Assembly: GCA_965206695.1 (NCBI GenBank)
Contig: CBDBKM010000008.1
Location: forward strand, 125,330-189,329
DNA from: Chlamydiales bacterium
GTDB lineage: Bacteria; Chlamydiota; Chlamydiia; Chlamydiales; JAAZZY01
DNA: 64,000 nt
Reading direction: 5' to 3'
Position numbers and translations under genes: made by a program. Under the pieces are notes generated by a model. The model searched no databases. It was not told the DNA's origin and was given only the letters and a program-made list of their open reading frames with translations. Positions within the stretch are counted from its first letter, which is position 1; every line of letters begins with the position of its first letter. Shown piece by piece: positions 51,634 to 61,858 of the stretch.

Positions 51634-53976
51634 ATGAAAAAAACAACTTTGATATCCATAGCCCCATTCATGTTTTTCGAAGGTGGTCATGGTAAACCCT
51701 ACCATTTGTCTCTTCAAAACATTGCAGGTGCTAATAATTGGTCGTTTAAAGTCGCGATTCCTAAAGTATCTGTTCTAGAAAAACTCCCGGCTAACTGGTC
51801 TAAAACTCTACATACATTTCCAAATCGTCATATTCAGAACCCCGATCAAATGAAAGCTTATAAAGGGCCCAGAAAATATCAGCGCTTTGCAAGAAAATTT
51901 CTGTACCCTTTTTCAATTTTTTGCTACTTGCTTAAACACTTTCTGAAAAATAAATCAACCCATCAAACGATTGTTCTGTTAGAGCATGCCCATGAAAATG
52001 ATATACGACCACTCCTTCACTGCCTACGATTTCTTCCTAAAAAAAACACGTATATAGCGCTTTTATACCGTGAGGATCAATACCGAACCCCTGCTCACGC
52101 CGAAGTAAAAGTCTTAAATCAAAAACTGATCTCCTTATTGGGAAAGACTCATCTTAAGCTTTTTACCGATAGTACAAAGATAAATCATCGCCTTACCTCA
52201 TATTTTGGATTAACCCTAATCACGCTTCCTATTCCTCATGTTGAAGATATCCCTTTATCTATTAAACAATCTTCTTCTAACGATTTAATTTCTTGTTGGT
52301 GGCCCGGTTCTGTCCGGAGAAGTAAAGGTTTAGGAAGAATCGAAGATTTGTGCCGCGTATCCTCTGCAAATGCAAAAAAACTAAAAATTATTGCTGCTAA
52401 AAGTAGCCATTTAGTTAGAAAAAGTGATTATTCTCCACAAATTGAACTCCTAGACGACAATATAGAGCGCGAGCACTATCTTTATTGGTTATCTCGATGC
52501 GATATTATTCTTCTGCCTTATATCTGTTCAACTTATGAAAGCTCAACATCAGGAATTTTTTTAGAAGCTATTATAGCAGGTAAACCTTGTGCTGTTCCTG
52601 AAAATACTTGGATGGCTGATGAATTAAACAAACACGATATACATGAATTAATTATCCATTGGCATAAAAAGAATGTTCCTGAAAAACTTATACGCATAGT
52701 ACAAAATAAGCATCTCCATAAAAAAATAAAAAAGATGCAAGCTCACTATTTGACCTATCATCATCCTAAAACCTTTGCCAAAATTTTAAAAAAAGCATTT
52801 GATGAACATCAAACTTCGGCAACATTAATATCTTTAATTCCTTTTCTTTTTTTTAACATTGGGCATTTTCTTCCCTATAATTTAGCTATGTCAAAAATTG
52901 CTAAGCAAAATCACTGGGATCACTTAGCCGCATTGCCTAAAAAAAGTTGTGTTGATCACCTTCCAAAAGCGTGGAAAAAATGTTTGCATATCGACCTTCC
53001 TTATTTTTTAAACGATCCTAATAACAGAATGCCTTACATACGAAAAAAACGCTGGGTTCGTTATGCTGTACATGCTCTGTATACAATCACTCTATTTCGA
53101 TTTTTAAAAAATGCTTTGAAACAAAAATCTGATAATAAAGTTATTTTCCTAGAAGAATTTCAATTTGCCCAATTACTAGCTCTTGCCAACTGTATCAAAT
53201 TTTTACCTAAAAAGGGTTTGCATGTCTGCATCTTGTATCGACACAATCCCAAGAAAATAGGTAAAGAAGCTGTGCGTTACATTCCTCAGCATAAAAGAAT
53301 CGCAAAATATTTAGGCAATCATTTCCATTTATTAACAGATACTGATCTTTTAGCTGATTCTTTATCGCTCTTTTTTCAACAATCATTTACTATTATGCCT
53401 ATCCCCCATACCGAATATCCCCAAATAAAATATCATAAGAACCATAATGACCCTATTATTTGTTGGTGGCCGGGTGAAGCCAGGCCTGCTAAGGGTTTAG
53501 ACCGCATAGAGTATCTCTCAACGTTGACTAATAAAGGCGCCAAGTCTATTCAAATTATAGCAGCTAAAAATTCTTTCCTTACCCCTCACCCTGAAGGCCC
53601 TTTAGTCAAGCTTTTAGAAAATAATCTTGGCACAGAAGAATATGCTAAATGGATGGCTTTGTGTGATCTTGTATTATTACCTTATGACATTAAGGCTTAT
53701 CAAAATGCTAGTTCCGGTATTTTTGTTGAAGCAATATGCATGGGTAAAATACCCCTCGTAAGGGGAAACTGGATGACACGTGAGTTAAAGAAATATGATT
53801 TAGAAGAGCTCATTATGGATTGGTATGATCACAATCTCATTCAAAAATTAATCGAAATTGCAAAAAGTGATCGTATTAAATCCAAAATGAAAAAAATTCA
53901 AAAATCTTATCAAGACTTTCATAATATTTCTTCATATGCAACTATCATGCAAACATTAATTCAGAAAGTTAAATAA
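51634..53976 (+). CDS. Tandem double GT-B glycosyltransferase
   Basis: Two ~390-aa repeats, each with CWWPG..R..KGL, CD..LLPY and SGIF.EAI..GK. Confidence 0.8.
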   Translation: MKKTTLISIAPFMFFEGGHGKPYHLSLQNIAGANNWSFKVAIPKVSVLEKLPANWSKTLHTFPNRHIQNPDQMKAYKGPRKYQRFARKFLYPFSIFCYLLKHFLKNKSTHQTIVLLEHAHENDIRPLLHCLRFLPKKNTYIALLYREDQYRTPAHAEVKVLNQKLISLLGKTHLKLFTDSTKINHRLTSYFGLTLITLPIPHVEDIPLSIKQSSSNDLISCWWPGSVRRSKGLGRIEDLCRVSSANAKKLKIIAAKSSHLVRKSDYSPQIELLDDNIEREHYLYWLSRCDIILLPYICSTYESSTSGIFLEAIIAGKPCAVPENTWMADELNKHDIHELIIHWHKKNVPEKLIRIVQNKHLHKKIKKMQAHYLTYHHPKTFAKILKKAFDEHQTSATLISLIPFLFFNIGHFLPYNLAMSKIAKQNHWDHLAALPKKSCVDHLPKAWKKCLHIDLPYFLNDPNNRMPYIRKKRWVRYAVHALYTITLFRFLKNALKQKSDNKVIFLEEFQFAQLLALANCIKFLPKKGLHVCILYRHNPKKIGKEAVRYIPQHKRIAKYLGNHFHLLTDTDLLADSLSLFFQQSFTIMPIPHTEYPQIKYHKNHNDPIICWWPGEARPAKGLDRIEYLSTLTNKGAKSIQIIAAKNSFLTPHPEGPLVKLLENNLGTEEYAKWMALCDLVLLPYDIKAYQNASSGIFVEAICMGKIPLVRGNWMTRELKKYDLEELIMDWYDHNLIQKLIEIAKSDRIKSKMKKIQKSYQDFHNISSYATIMQTLIQKVK

Positions 53977-54024
53977 ATGATACGATTTCTAAATCAAGTA
54001 TGTTGAGGAGCAATAGTAAAAATC

Positions 54025-55314
54025 ATGTGTCGCATCAAATCTGTTAACGCTATTGAAATTCTAGATTCTAGAGGAAACCCAACGCTGGAAGTGGCTGTTA
54101 CAACGGATACCCATATTACAGCCTCGGCTTGTGTCCCTTCAGGTGCTTCTACCGGTGAAAATGAAGCTTTAGAATTAAGAGATAATGATAGAGATCGATT
54201 TTTAGGTAAGGGAGTTACCATTGCTTGTGAGAATGTGAACGGCCCTATTCAAGAACTTCTCATAGGGCAACATGTTATTGACCAGCAAGCTTTAGACTTA
54301 ATAATGATAAAAGCAGATGGCACGCCAACCAAGTCCAAGTTTGGGGCGAATGCCATTTTAGGTACTTCAATGGCTATCGCTCGAGCAGCAGCACAAGCGA
54401 TCCATCTACCTTTGTATCGCTATCTTGGAGGCACAAATACCTTTCTTCTTCCCTGCCCAATGATGAATATCATCAATGGAGGAGCCCATGCAGACAATTC
54501 TTTAGAATTCCAAGAATTTATGATTTATCCAAATGGAGCCCCCGGCTTTAATGAAGCTCTTAGATGGGGAGTAGAAATATTCCATCATTTAAAAAAGATT
54601 TTAAAAGAAGCTAATTATTCAACTAACGTTGGAGATGAAGGAGGGTTTGCCCCGAATCTTTCTTCTGATGAAGAGGCCATCGAATTAATTGTAAAAGCAA
54701 TTGAAACCGCAGGTTATAAACCGAAAGAACAAGTAAGTATCGCGTTAGATTGTGCTGCTTCTGAATTTTATGACAAAAAAGGAAAAGTCTATATCGATAA
54801 AAAGAAGAAGCTAAAGAATGAGGCTTTTAAGACTCAAACTAAAGAAGAAATGAGTGATTACTTAGGAAGCCTTGTAGAAAAATATCCTATTATTAGTATT
54901 GAAGACGGGCTAGATGAAAATGACTGGGAAGGCTGGCAATATTTAACCAATTTGTTAAAAGATAAAATACAAATCGTAGGAGATGATATCTTCGTTACAA
55001 ATAAAAACTTTCTCAATAAGGGTCTTGATATGGGTGTTGCCAACTCTATATTGATAAAGCTTAATCAAATTGGCACAGTGACAGAAACACTTGAAACCAT
55101 TCGATTAGCCCAAACCCATGCGTATTCCACAGTTATTTCCCATCGTTCCGGAGAAACAGAGGATACTTTCATTGCAGATTTAGCCGTCGCTGTAAATGCA
55201 GGTCAGATCAAGACAGGATCAGCCTCTCGCACAGATAGAATCGCCAAATACAATCGTCTTTTGAAGATCTCTAAAGAGCTCAAAAACTGCGCTGTTTTTA
55301 AGCAATCACTATAG
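54025..55314 (+). CDS. eno: Enolase
   Basis: [41 protein letters not shown]. Confidence 0.98.
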   Translation: MCRIKSVNAIEILDSRGNPTLEVAVTTDTHITASACVPSGASTGENEALELRDNDRDRFLGKGVTIACENVNGPIQELLIGQHVIDQQALDLIMIKADGTPTKSKFGANAILGTSMAIARAAAQAIHLPLYRYLGGTNTFLLPCPMMNIINGGAHADNSLEFQEFMIYPNGAPGFNEALRWGVEIFHHLKKILKEANYSTNVGDEGGFAPNLSSDEEAIELIVKAIETAGYKPKEQVSIALDCAASEFYDKKGKVYIDKKKKLKNEAFKTQTKEEMSDYLGSLVEKYPIISIEDGLDENDWEGWQYLTNLLKDKIQIVGDDIFVTNKNFLNKGLDMGVANSILIKLNQIGTVTETLETIRLAQTHAYSTVISHRSGETEDTFIADLAVAVNAGQIKTGSASRTDRIAKYNRLLKISKELKNCAVFKQSL

Positions 55315-55476
55315 TACGTTAGCTATTCATGATATTCTATTTATTAACTATCTAATATTAAGACGATTAATTAATAAAATAGAAAATTCAATCTTTCTGT
55401 TGAAAAATAATTTTTATGTACTATAAGGAGAATAAGGAAGCAAAATATCAATCCAAATCAAGGGATTTGAAATAAT

Positions 55477-55881
55477 ATGAGGCATCAAACAGTGGCTATG
55501 TTTGGAGAGGCAGAAAAGGGACAGTTTCAAACCGCCTATTTTTGTCAAACTCTCGCTGAATTAGAAAACAATCTAGGCAACCCACCTCAAGAAAGCTTAG
55601 GATTACATCTGGCTATCCAAACGCTTCTTTTTAAAAAAAAGCTGCTCTTTTTTCGAGTTGAGGAGGAAGGTTTTAGCAACCAAGATTATCTACATGGACT
55701 TTCTTTATTAGAACAACATCAGTTTCTAGCAGAAATAGGGGCTATCGGTCTCCCGGGAGTAGGTGATAAAAAAATCATTGAAGCCACTAATGCTATTTGC
55801 AATGAATATAATGTATTGATTCTTACAACCGAATCAGATCTTTATGATTATCTAACAAGTGTGTTGACAACAGAAGAATAG
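55477..55881 (+). CDS. Conserved chlamydial hypothetical protein
   Basis: FGEAEKG...LGNPP...FFRVEEEGFS...DLYDYLT; convergent with ahpC. Confidence 0.65.
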   Translation: MRHQTVAMFGEAEKGQFQTAYFCQTLAELENNLGNPPQESLGLHLAIQTLLFKKKLLFFRVEEEGFSNQDYLHGLSLLEQHQFLAEIGAIGLPGVGDKKIIEATNAICNEYNVLILTTESDLYDYLTSVLTTEE

Positions 55882-55903
55882 GAGCGAATATTCTCACTCC
55901 TAT
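55878..55903. terminator. Hairpin between convergent genes, likely terminator
   Basis: ATAGGAGCGA-atattc-TCACTCCTAT. Confidence 0.5.
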
Positions 55904-55914
55904 ATCGAATATTT

Positions 55915-56496
55915 TTATTTAAAATGTGTTTCTAGACCTTCTTTATCAGGTATCATGCCTTTATCGCCTTTAACCCAATTTGCAGGGCATACTTCACCAT
56001 TTTCTTCGAACAAGATAAGTGAATCTAATGTGCGAAGCGCTTCATCTACCGAGCGGCCTAAAGGAAGATCATTCACTAATTGATGTCGCACGATACCTTC
56101 TTTATCAATTAAGAAAAGACCTCTATATGCGATACCTTCATCTTCTTTTAGAACATCGTAAGCTCTGGCAATGCTTTTATTCAAGTCGGCAATAATAGGA
56201 TAAGAGACGCCTTCAATCCCGCCTTTCTTCTTAGGAATTGCAAGCCAAGCCAAATGAGAAAAATGACTATCAATAGAACACCCGAGAACTTGCGTATGCC
56301 GCTTTTGAAACTCACTTAACTTCTCTTCAAAAGCATGTAGTTCTGTAGGACAGACAAAGGTAAAATCTAAAGGATAAAAAAACAAAACAACATATTTTCC
56401 TTGTAAGTCTTGCAAAGAAAATTTCTCTATTACTGTATCTTTCTGAACAGCTTTTGCTACAAAATGTGGAGCTTCTCTCCCGACTAAAACACCCAT
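55915..56496 (-). CDS. ahpC: 2-Cys peroxiredoxin
   Basis: FYPLDFTFVCPTE and GEVCPANW. Confidence 0.95.
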   Translation of the reverse strand: MGVLVGREAPHFVAKAVQKDTVIEKFSLQDLQGKYVVLFFYPLDFTFVCPTELHAFEEKLSEFQKRHTQVLGCSIDSHFSHLAWLAIPKKKGGIEGVSYPIIADLNKSIARAYDVLKEDEGIAYRGLFLIDKEGIVRHQLVNDLPLGRSVDEALRTLDSLILFEENGEVCPANWVKGDKGMIPDKEGLETHFK

Positions 56497-56522
56497 CTTA
56501 AATTCTCCTCTTTCTTTAGCTT

Positions 56523-57158
56523 TTAAGAACCAAAAATATTTTTTGCATTAACCAACCAACTCTCTCCTTCCAAAGTAGTACTCTCTCCATGACCCGGATA
56601 AACTTTAGTCTCTTTTGGCAAACATGACAACTTGCCTAAAGAACACCATAGATCTTTAGCTTTAGAAGTTGGTAAGTTAATATTTCCTATCGACCCTTTA
56701 AAAAGAGTATCACCCGAAATTAACACTTTATATTCATCACAATAAAAACAAACGCCACCCGGAGAATGACCCGGTGTATGGATCACCTGTAAAATGAGTT
56801 CTCCCACTGTAATCTTGTCACCATCTTCAAAGAAATGAGTAGGCCCAACCCCTTTTATTGGAAATAATAGAGGTAAATTATCCGATCCGGGTTGTTTAAC
56901 ATTTTCGGCGTCTTCTTTATGCACATAAACCGGTAAAGGAATTACTTCTAATAAGTTAGGAAGATCAGCCAGATGATCCCAATGAGAATGAGTTAATAAA
57001 ATTTTCTCAGGTATTAAGTTATTTCTTTTTACATATTCAACAATAAGTGAAGTACTTTCATAAGCCGGATCAATAATAACTGCCTTTCGTGTCCTTCGGC
57101 AAGCGAGAACATAAGCATTGGTGAAAAGCGGGCCGCATATGAAACTTTCAATCAACAT
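56523..57158 (-). CDS. MBL-fold hydrolase (glyoxalase II-like)
   Basis: THSHWDH, TPGHSPG, SGDTLF, PGHG. Confidence 0.9.
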   Translation of the reverse strand: MLIESFICGPLFTNAYVLACRRTRKAVIIDPAYESTSLIVEYVKRNNLIPEKILLTHSHWDHLADLPNLLEVIPLPVYVHKEDAENVKQPGSDNLPLLFPIKGVGPTHFFEDGDKITVGELILQVIHTPGHSPGGVCFYCDEYKVLISGDTLFKGSIGNINLPTSKAKDLWCSLGKLSCLPKETKVYPGHGESTTLEGESWLVNAKNIFGS

Positions 57159-57185
57159 AATATATAGGATATAAGATAAAAAAAA

Positions 57186-57259
57186 TGCACCGGAGAGGAC
57201 TCGAACCTCTAACCGCCCGGTTCGTAGCCGGGTACTCTATCCAATTAAGCTACCGGTGC
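57186..57259 (-). tRNA. tRNA-Arg(ACG)
   Basis: GCACCGGTAGCTTAATTGGATAGAGTACCCGGCT-ACG-AACCGGG...GGTTCGAGTCC...CCGGTGCA; CCA not encoded. Confidence 0.95.
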
Positions 57260-57454
57260 CTAAAAACCATTTGCCAGAGCAAAAATGATGCTCTACTAAT
57301 GCTTTTTCAGCAAGTTTTTTTTCTTTACCGAGAATAGAATACTTTTAAGTAGAAGCCTATTAGCCAAAATAAAATATAAATTTATAATAATTCCCCTATA
57401 TCGTAAAACGAATCAAAGGAATAATTAAATAAGTGTACTCGAAAATTTGTTATT

Positions 57455-58822
57455 ATGAACATAGTTATTATTGGTGCCGGAGATATCGGTTCACACATTA
57501 CTTCTTTGCTATCAGCAGAAGGGCACAACATTACTTTAGTAGACATAAACCCCCATATATTAGAAAAAATCTCTCATGACTTGGATGCCGCTATAATAGA
57601 AGGAGATGGAACTGATTGGCAACTTCTAGAAGAATTAACAGAAGTCGGACCTGATTTAATTATAGCTTTAACAGGTAGTGACGAGATTAACCTTGTTATC
57701 TGTTCTATTGCAAAAAACTTACATTATCCACAAACCATTGCCAGAATTAGGGGTATAAGATATTTAAATTGTTCTCGTCTGGATTTTTCTCATATTTTTT
57801 CTCTGGATCATTTTATTGCTCCGGAACTTCTTGTAGCTCAAGATATTTTTAAATTTATTATTACTCCACAATTAAGCGGAACAGAAGGATTTGCTCATGG
57901 AGCTATCCAAATGCATACCTTAAAAATCCCTAAAAAATGGCATTTTAAGGACAAACCTCTAATAGCACTTGACCTGCCTCCGGGAATTATGGTAGCCGTT
58001 ATCCGCAGAAAAATACAACCGAATGAAAATGAAATAAATAATCATGAAATCATTTTCCCCCACGGACATGACACCCTCCGGCCCGATGATGATGTAACCT
58101 TTATTGGAGAGACCGATGCGATCAATGAGATTCATCTTTTCTTCGATCTTCCTCAAAAATACGCCAATTCAGTTATTATAGTAGGGGGATCGCTAATAGG
58201 TTATAATCTTGCAAAAATCTTACAAAAACGAAAAATAAATACGACCATTATAGAACGGAACTATCAAAAATGTGTCCTTTTAGCTGATAACCTTCCGGAA
58301 GCTACTATTTTAAACCAAGATGGAACAAATTTAGATTTTTTACGTTCCGAGCAAGTTGGAAATAGTGATGCTTTCATCGGCTGCACCCAAAACGATGAAG
58401 TCAATATCTTAGCATGTTCTTTAGGAAAAAAAATCGGCTGTCAGAGATCCATAGTTTCCATTTCAAATATCAGCTATGCACCATTATTGGAACAGTTAAA
58501 CATCGATCAACATGTCTCCCCAAGAATTGCTATGACTAATCGTATCCTCTCTATCACCCAAAGAGAAAAAGTGACCGCGGTAGCCTCTCTTTATGATAAT
58601 CAGGCAAAAATTATGGAAATAAAAGTATCAGTCAACTCTCCTTTAGCAGGCATTCCTATTTCAGAACTTGGACCTTTTCTACCCAAAAATTTCTTATTTG
58701 CAGCTATCCAAAATAGAGGAAGGATTATGATTGCGAATGGATCTCGAGTACTTTGCCCAAGTGATACCGTTATAATAATAACACACCCGGATCATACAAA
58801 TGAATTACAAAAACTATTCTGA
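57455..58822 (+). CDS. trkA: Trk potassium uptake regulatory subunit
   Basis: Two RCK N/C pairs with GAGDIG and VGGSLIG. Confidence 0.92.
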   Translation: MNIVIIGAGDIGSHITSLLSAEGHNITLVDINPHILEKISHDLDAAIIEGDGTDWQLLEELTEVGPDLIIALTGSDEINLVICSIAKNLHYPQTIARIRGIRYLNCSRLDFSHIFSLDHFIAPELLVAQDIFKFIITPQLSGTEGFAHGAIQMHTLKIPKKWHFKDKPLIALDLPPGIMVAVIRRKIQPNENEINNHEIIFPHGHDTLRPDDDVTFIGETDAINEIHLFFDLPQKYANSVIIVGGSLIGYNLAKILQKRKINTTIIERNYQKCVLLADNLPEATILNQDGTNLDFLRSEQVGNSDAFIGCTQNDEVNILACSLGKKIGCQRSIVSISNISYAPLLEQLNIDQHVSPRIAMTNRILSITQREKVTAVASLYDNQAKIMEIKVSVNSPLAGIPISELGPFLPKNFLFAAIQNRGRIMIANGSRVLCPSDTVIIITHPDHTNELQKLF

Positions 58823-60469
58823 TGTTAATAAGAGAAATTAGTAAAATACTTGGTTCTTACCTCTTTTTTTTTGCATTAGCATTATGCATTCCACTAGGTA
58901 TATCAGCTTATTATGAATTTATTGTAGATCCCGCCTTACATCCTCAAAATCATTGTACTTTCGCTTTTATTTATACTTTTGCTGTCTGTGTAGGTATAGC
59001 TGCTATTTTATTACTTATCGGAAGAAAATCCACGGGTGTTTTCTATAGGAGAGAAGGGTTAACGGTTGTTGTTCTAATATGGTTTATCTCTGCCGTTATC
59101 GGGGGTCTTCCATTTTATTTTTCCCATACTCTAGAGAAGCCTATCGATGCTTATTTTGAAGGTATGTCAGCACTTACAACAACAGGATCCTCAGTATTAG
59201 TAGGAAAACAATATGATAATCTAACGGGAGAAGAAGTACCCATCTTAGAAGTTGTCTCAGAGCATCCTCCTATTTCCTATCATTATTATGGCACTATAAC
59301 TCCAATAAGAAACCCCAAAACAGGAGAAGTTGTTCTTTTTGGAATTGAAGCCGTTAGTAAAGGGCTCCTCTTTTGGAGAAGTTTTATGCAATGGTTGGGC
59401 GGAATGGGTATCGTTGTTCTCTTTGTAGCAATTCTTCCTGCCTTTGGTGTGGGTGGTAAAGTTTTAGTTCAAACCGAAATGCCCGGGCCCACGAAAGAAA
59501 GTGTAACCCCCCGCATTAAAGATGCTGCCAGCATTCTTTGGAAATTGTATTTGTTTTTTACAATTATAGAAATCATTCTTCTAATGGTTACTAATAAAGA
59601 AATGAAGTTATTCGATGCTACAACCATTACCTTTAGTAATTTATCAACCGGAGGCTTCTGTGTTCGTAATGCCAGTATTGAGTCCTATAATAATTTATGG
59701 ACTGAGATCATTGTCATTGTCTTTATGATTTTAGCTAGTATTAACTTTACTTTATATTTTTATGGTCTTCGCGGAAAATTTTATCGTGTACTAGAACCCG
59801 AATTTGTCACTTATATTGTTGTACTTATTGTAGGGTGCTCTCTTGTTATATGGGATTTATTGGGAAGGGAGAATCTACTTCTGACAGGCGAAAAAGAAGA
59901 GTTTACATTTGCAAATGCTATCCGTTATGGAACCTTCCAATATATATCGGCTCAGACCTCTACCGGTTTTACTAGTGCCAACTACAATTTATGGCCCTAC
60001 TTAAGCCAATCTATTATATTTACAGCTATGTTTTTGGGAGGCATGTCCGGTTCAACTGCCGGTGGTATTAAGATAGTCAGGCATTATATTTTATTTCGTT
60101 TAGCTGTCCATAAGATCGAATCCATTTTTAGACCGGATGCTATACGCTCTTTTAGAATTGCTAATCGAGAAGTTGATTATAAAATTGCCGGAACCATTTG
60201 GAGTTTTTTTCTTTATCATCATCTCATTATCAGTAGTAAGCACATTATTATATATTTTTGATGATATAGACCCCTCAACAGCTCTTGGACTAACAGGGTG
60301 TATGATCAATAATATCGGAATGTCATTCGGTGCTGCAGGCCCGGCCCAATCGTGCGCTTTTATGCACCCCTTTTCCAAAGTACTATCCGCTTTCTGGATG
60401 GTATTAGGAAGGTTAGAGTTTTTTGCCATCCTAATACTTTTTGTTCCTGCATTTTGGAAAGATAAATAA
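58822..60469 (+). pseudogene. trkH: Trk potassium uptake membrane subunit, frameshift near 60197 (possible sequencing error)
   Basis: SALTTTG, QWLGGMG, STGGF, GSTAGGIK; C-terminal NNIG...MVLGRLE in another frame. Confidence 0.85.
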
Positions 60470-60470
60470 T

Positions 60471-61523
60471 CTATCCAATAAATAACCAACCTAACTGATA
60501 GTATATCTCTGCTAAACGATATAATTGAGAGGGATTCTGTAAGGATAATTCACTAGCATGATTTAAATAAGGAACAGCTCTAGGCATATCATTACATGAT
60601 AAATACCACTCTGCCATATCCAACCGGTTGGATGGGTTATCCGGTTCAAAATCGATACAAGCTTGAATATCATCGATCGTCTTATCAGACTTATCCAACA
60701 GTCCCCTATAAACACGCTCAATACCTGTTACATGATTGGGATCAGAATTATCTTTTATATAAGCTTCTTTATAATCTTGTAATGCTTCTTTATATAATCC
60801 CATTCTTTCATAAGCGGAACCTCTACAAGCAAGGAAAAGACCCGATATCCTTGCAATCGTGTCACTACTATTATTTAAAAAGTCATGTTTTTCCAAGGCA
60901 TAGCTAAAAGCCAATACAGCATCATTATATTGTTCTCTTAAAAAATGAGCTTTCGCTTTAAAAAAGAAGGGAATAGGATTCTTACTTTCTATGCTACAAG
61001 CCATATTAAAACATTCTAAATCGTTTGCATCCCCTACAACCATTAGAAAGTTTCTCAATTCCAAAGAGATTTCCTCACTATCGGCAATCATTTCTTTCAT
61101 GTTTTGTTGATAGCGAAATAGTCCTGCTTGTATCCATAAGTCAGCATCTTCATGTTTAGTTCTTGTAGTTTCATCTTCAGAAACGAAAAAACTACTGACG
61201 TAATTGACAACTTTATGAAGATAACTCGAAATAATAGAATCTTGCGGTAGAGTCGCATCTAAAACCCAATCTGTTTTTTCAAAAGAGGTATTTCTATTCA
61301 AATATTCATGCGAATATATGGGCCGGGTAGGAATATAAGTAACACGAGAAGGATCTAAATTTCCTGCTTTTATAGCTTCATCTTGAAGTAACCATTCCGG
61401 ATTATAAGGTGGTATTAAAAGAGGTGCTGAAGGTTCGAAATATCCCGGATTACTTGAACCATAAATATTCGATTGATAATTCGGATTTATGGGATAGGGA
61501 TGATTGTAAACTGTTGTACTCAT
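60471..61523 (-). CDS. TPR protein with Pro/Tyr-rich disordered N-terminus; effector candidate
   Basis: C-terminal TPRs (RGSAYERMGLYKEALQDY); N-terminal EPSAPLLIPPY. Confidence 0.65.
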   Translation of the reverse strand: MSTTVYNHPYPINPNYQSNIYGSSNPGYFEPSAPLLIPPYNPEWLLQDEAIKAGNLDPSRVTYIPTRPIYSHEYLNRNTSFEKTDWVLDATLPQDSIISSYLHKVVNYVSSFFVSEDETTRTKHEDADLWIQAGLFRYQQNMKEMIADSEEISLELRNFLMVVGDANDLECFNMACSIESKNPIPFFFKAKAHFLREQYNDAVLAFSYALEKHDFLNNSSDTIARISGLFLACRGSAYERMGLYKEALQDYKEAYIKDNSDPNHVTGIERVYRGLLDKSDKTIDDIQACIDFEPDNPSNRLDMAEWYLSCNDMPRAVPYLNHASELSLQNPSQLYRLAEIYYQLGWLFIG

Positions 61524-61546
61524 AATATACTTAATTAAGGAAAAAG

Positions 61547-61792
61547 TTACTTAGAATTTTCTTTGTTTGAACCTGATGTATTATCAGAATCTGATGTCCG
61601 GTTCTTTTTCACGTAATCTGTAATATAAAAACCCGACCCTTTAAATCTAAAAGACGCCATCTGACCACCGATTTCCCGCTTTAGTGTATGATGGGCACAC
61701 TTGGGACACAAAGTTAAGGGTTCGTCATTAATATTTTGTAGATCTTCTAGAACATGTTCGCAGGCTTGGCATTGATATTGATATGTAGGCAT
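61547..61792 (-). CDS. FmdB-family zinc ribbon protein
   Basis: MPTYQYQCQAC...CPKC...FKGSGFYITDY. Confidence 0.9.
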   Translation of the reverse strand: MPTYQYQCQACEHVLEDLQNINDEPLTLCPKCAHHTLKREIGGQMASFRFKGSGFYITDYVKKNRTSDSDNTSGSNKENSK

Positions 61793-61816
61793 GAATTTTT
61801 CCTTAAAATAGCACTG

Positions 61817-61843
61817 AGGATGCTCCTTTCTAAAACATCCTCA
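61817..61843 (-). terminator. Hairpin after groEL
   Basis: GAGGATG...CATCCTC inverted repeat. Confidence 0.4.
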
Positions 61844-61858
61844 AATTAAGATTAGTTG

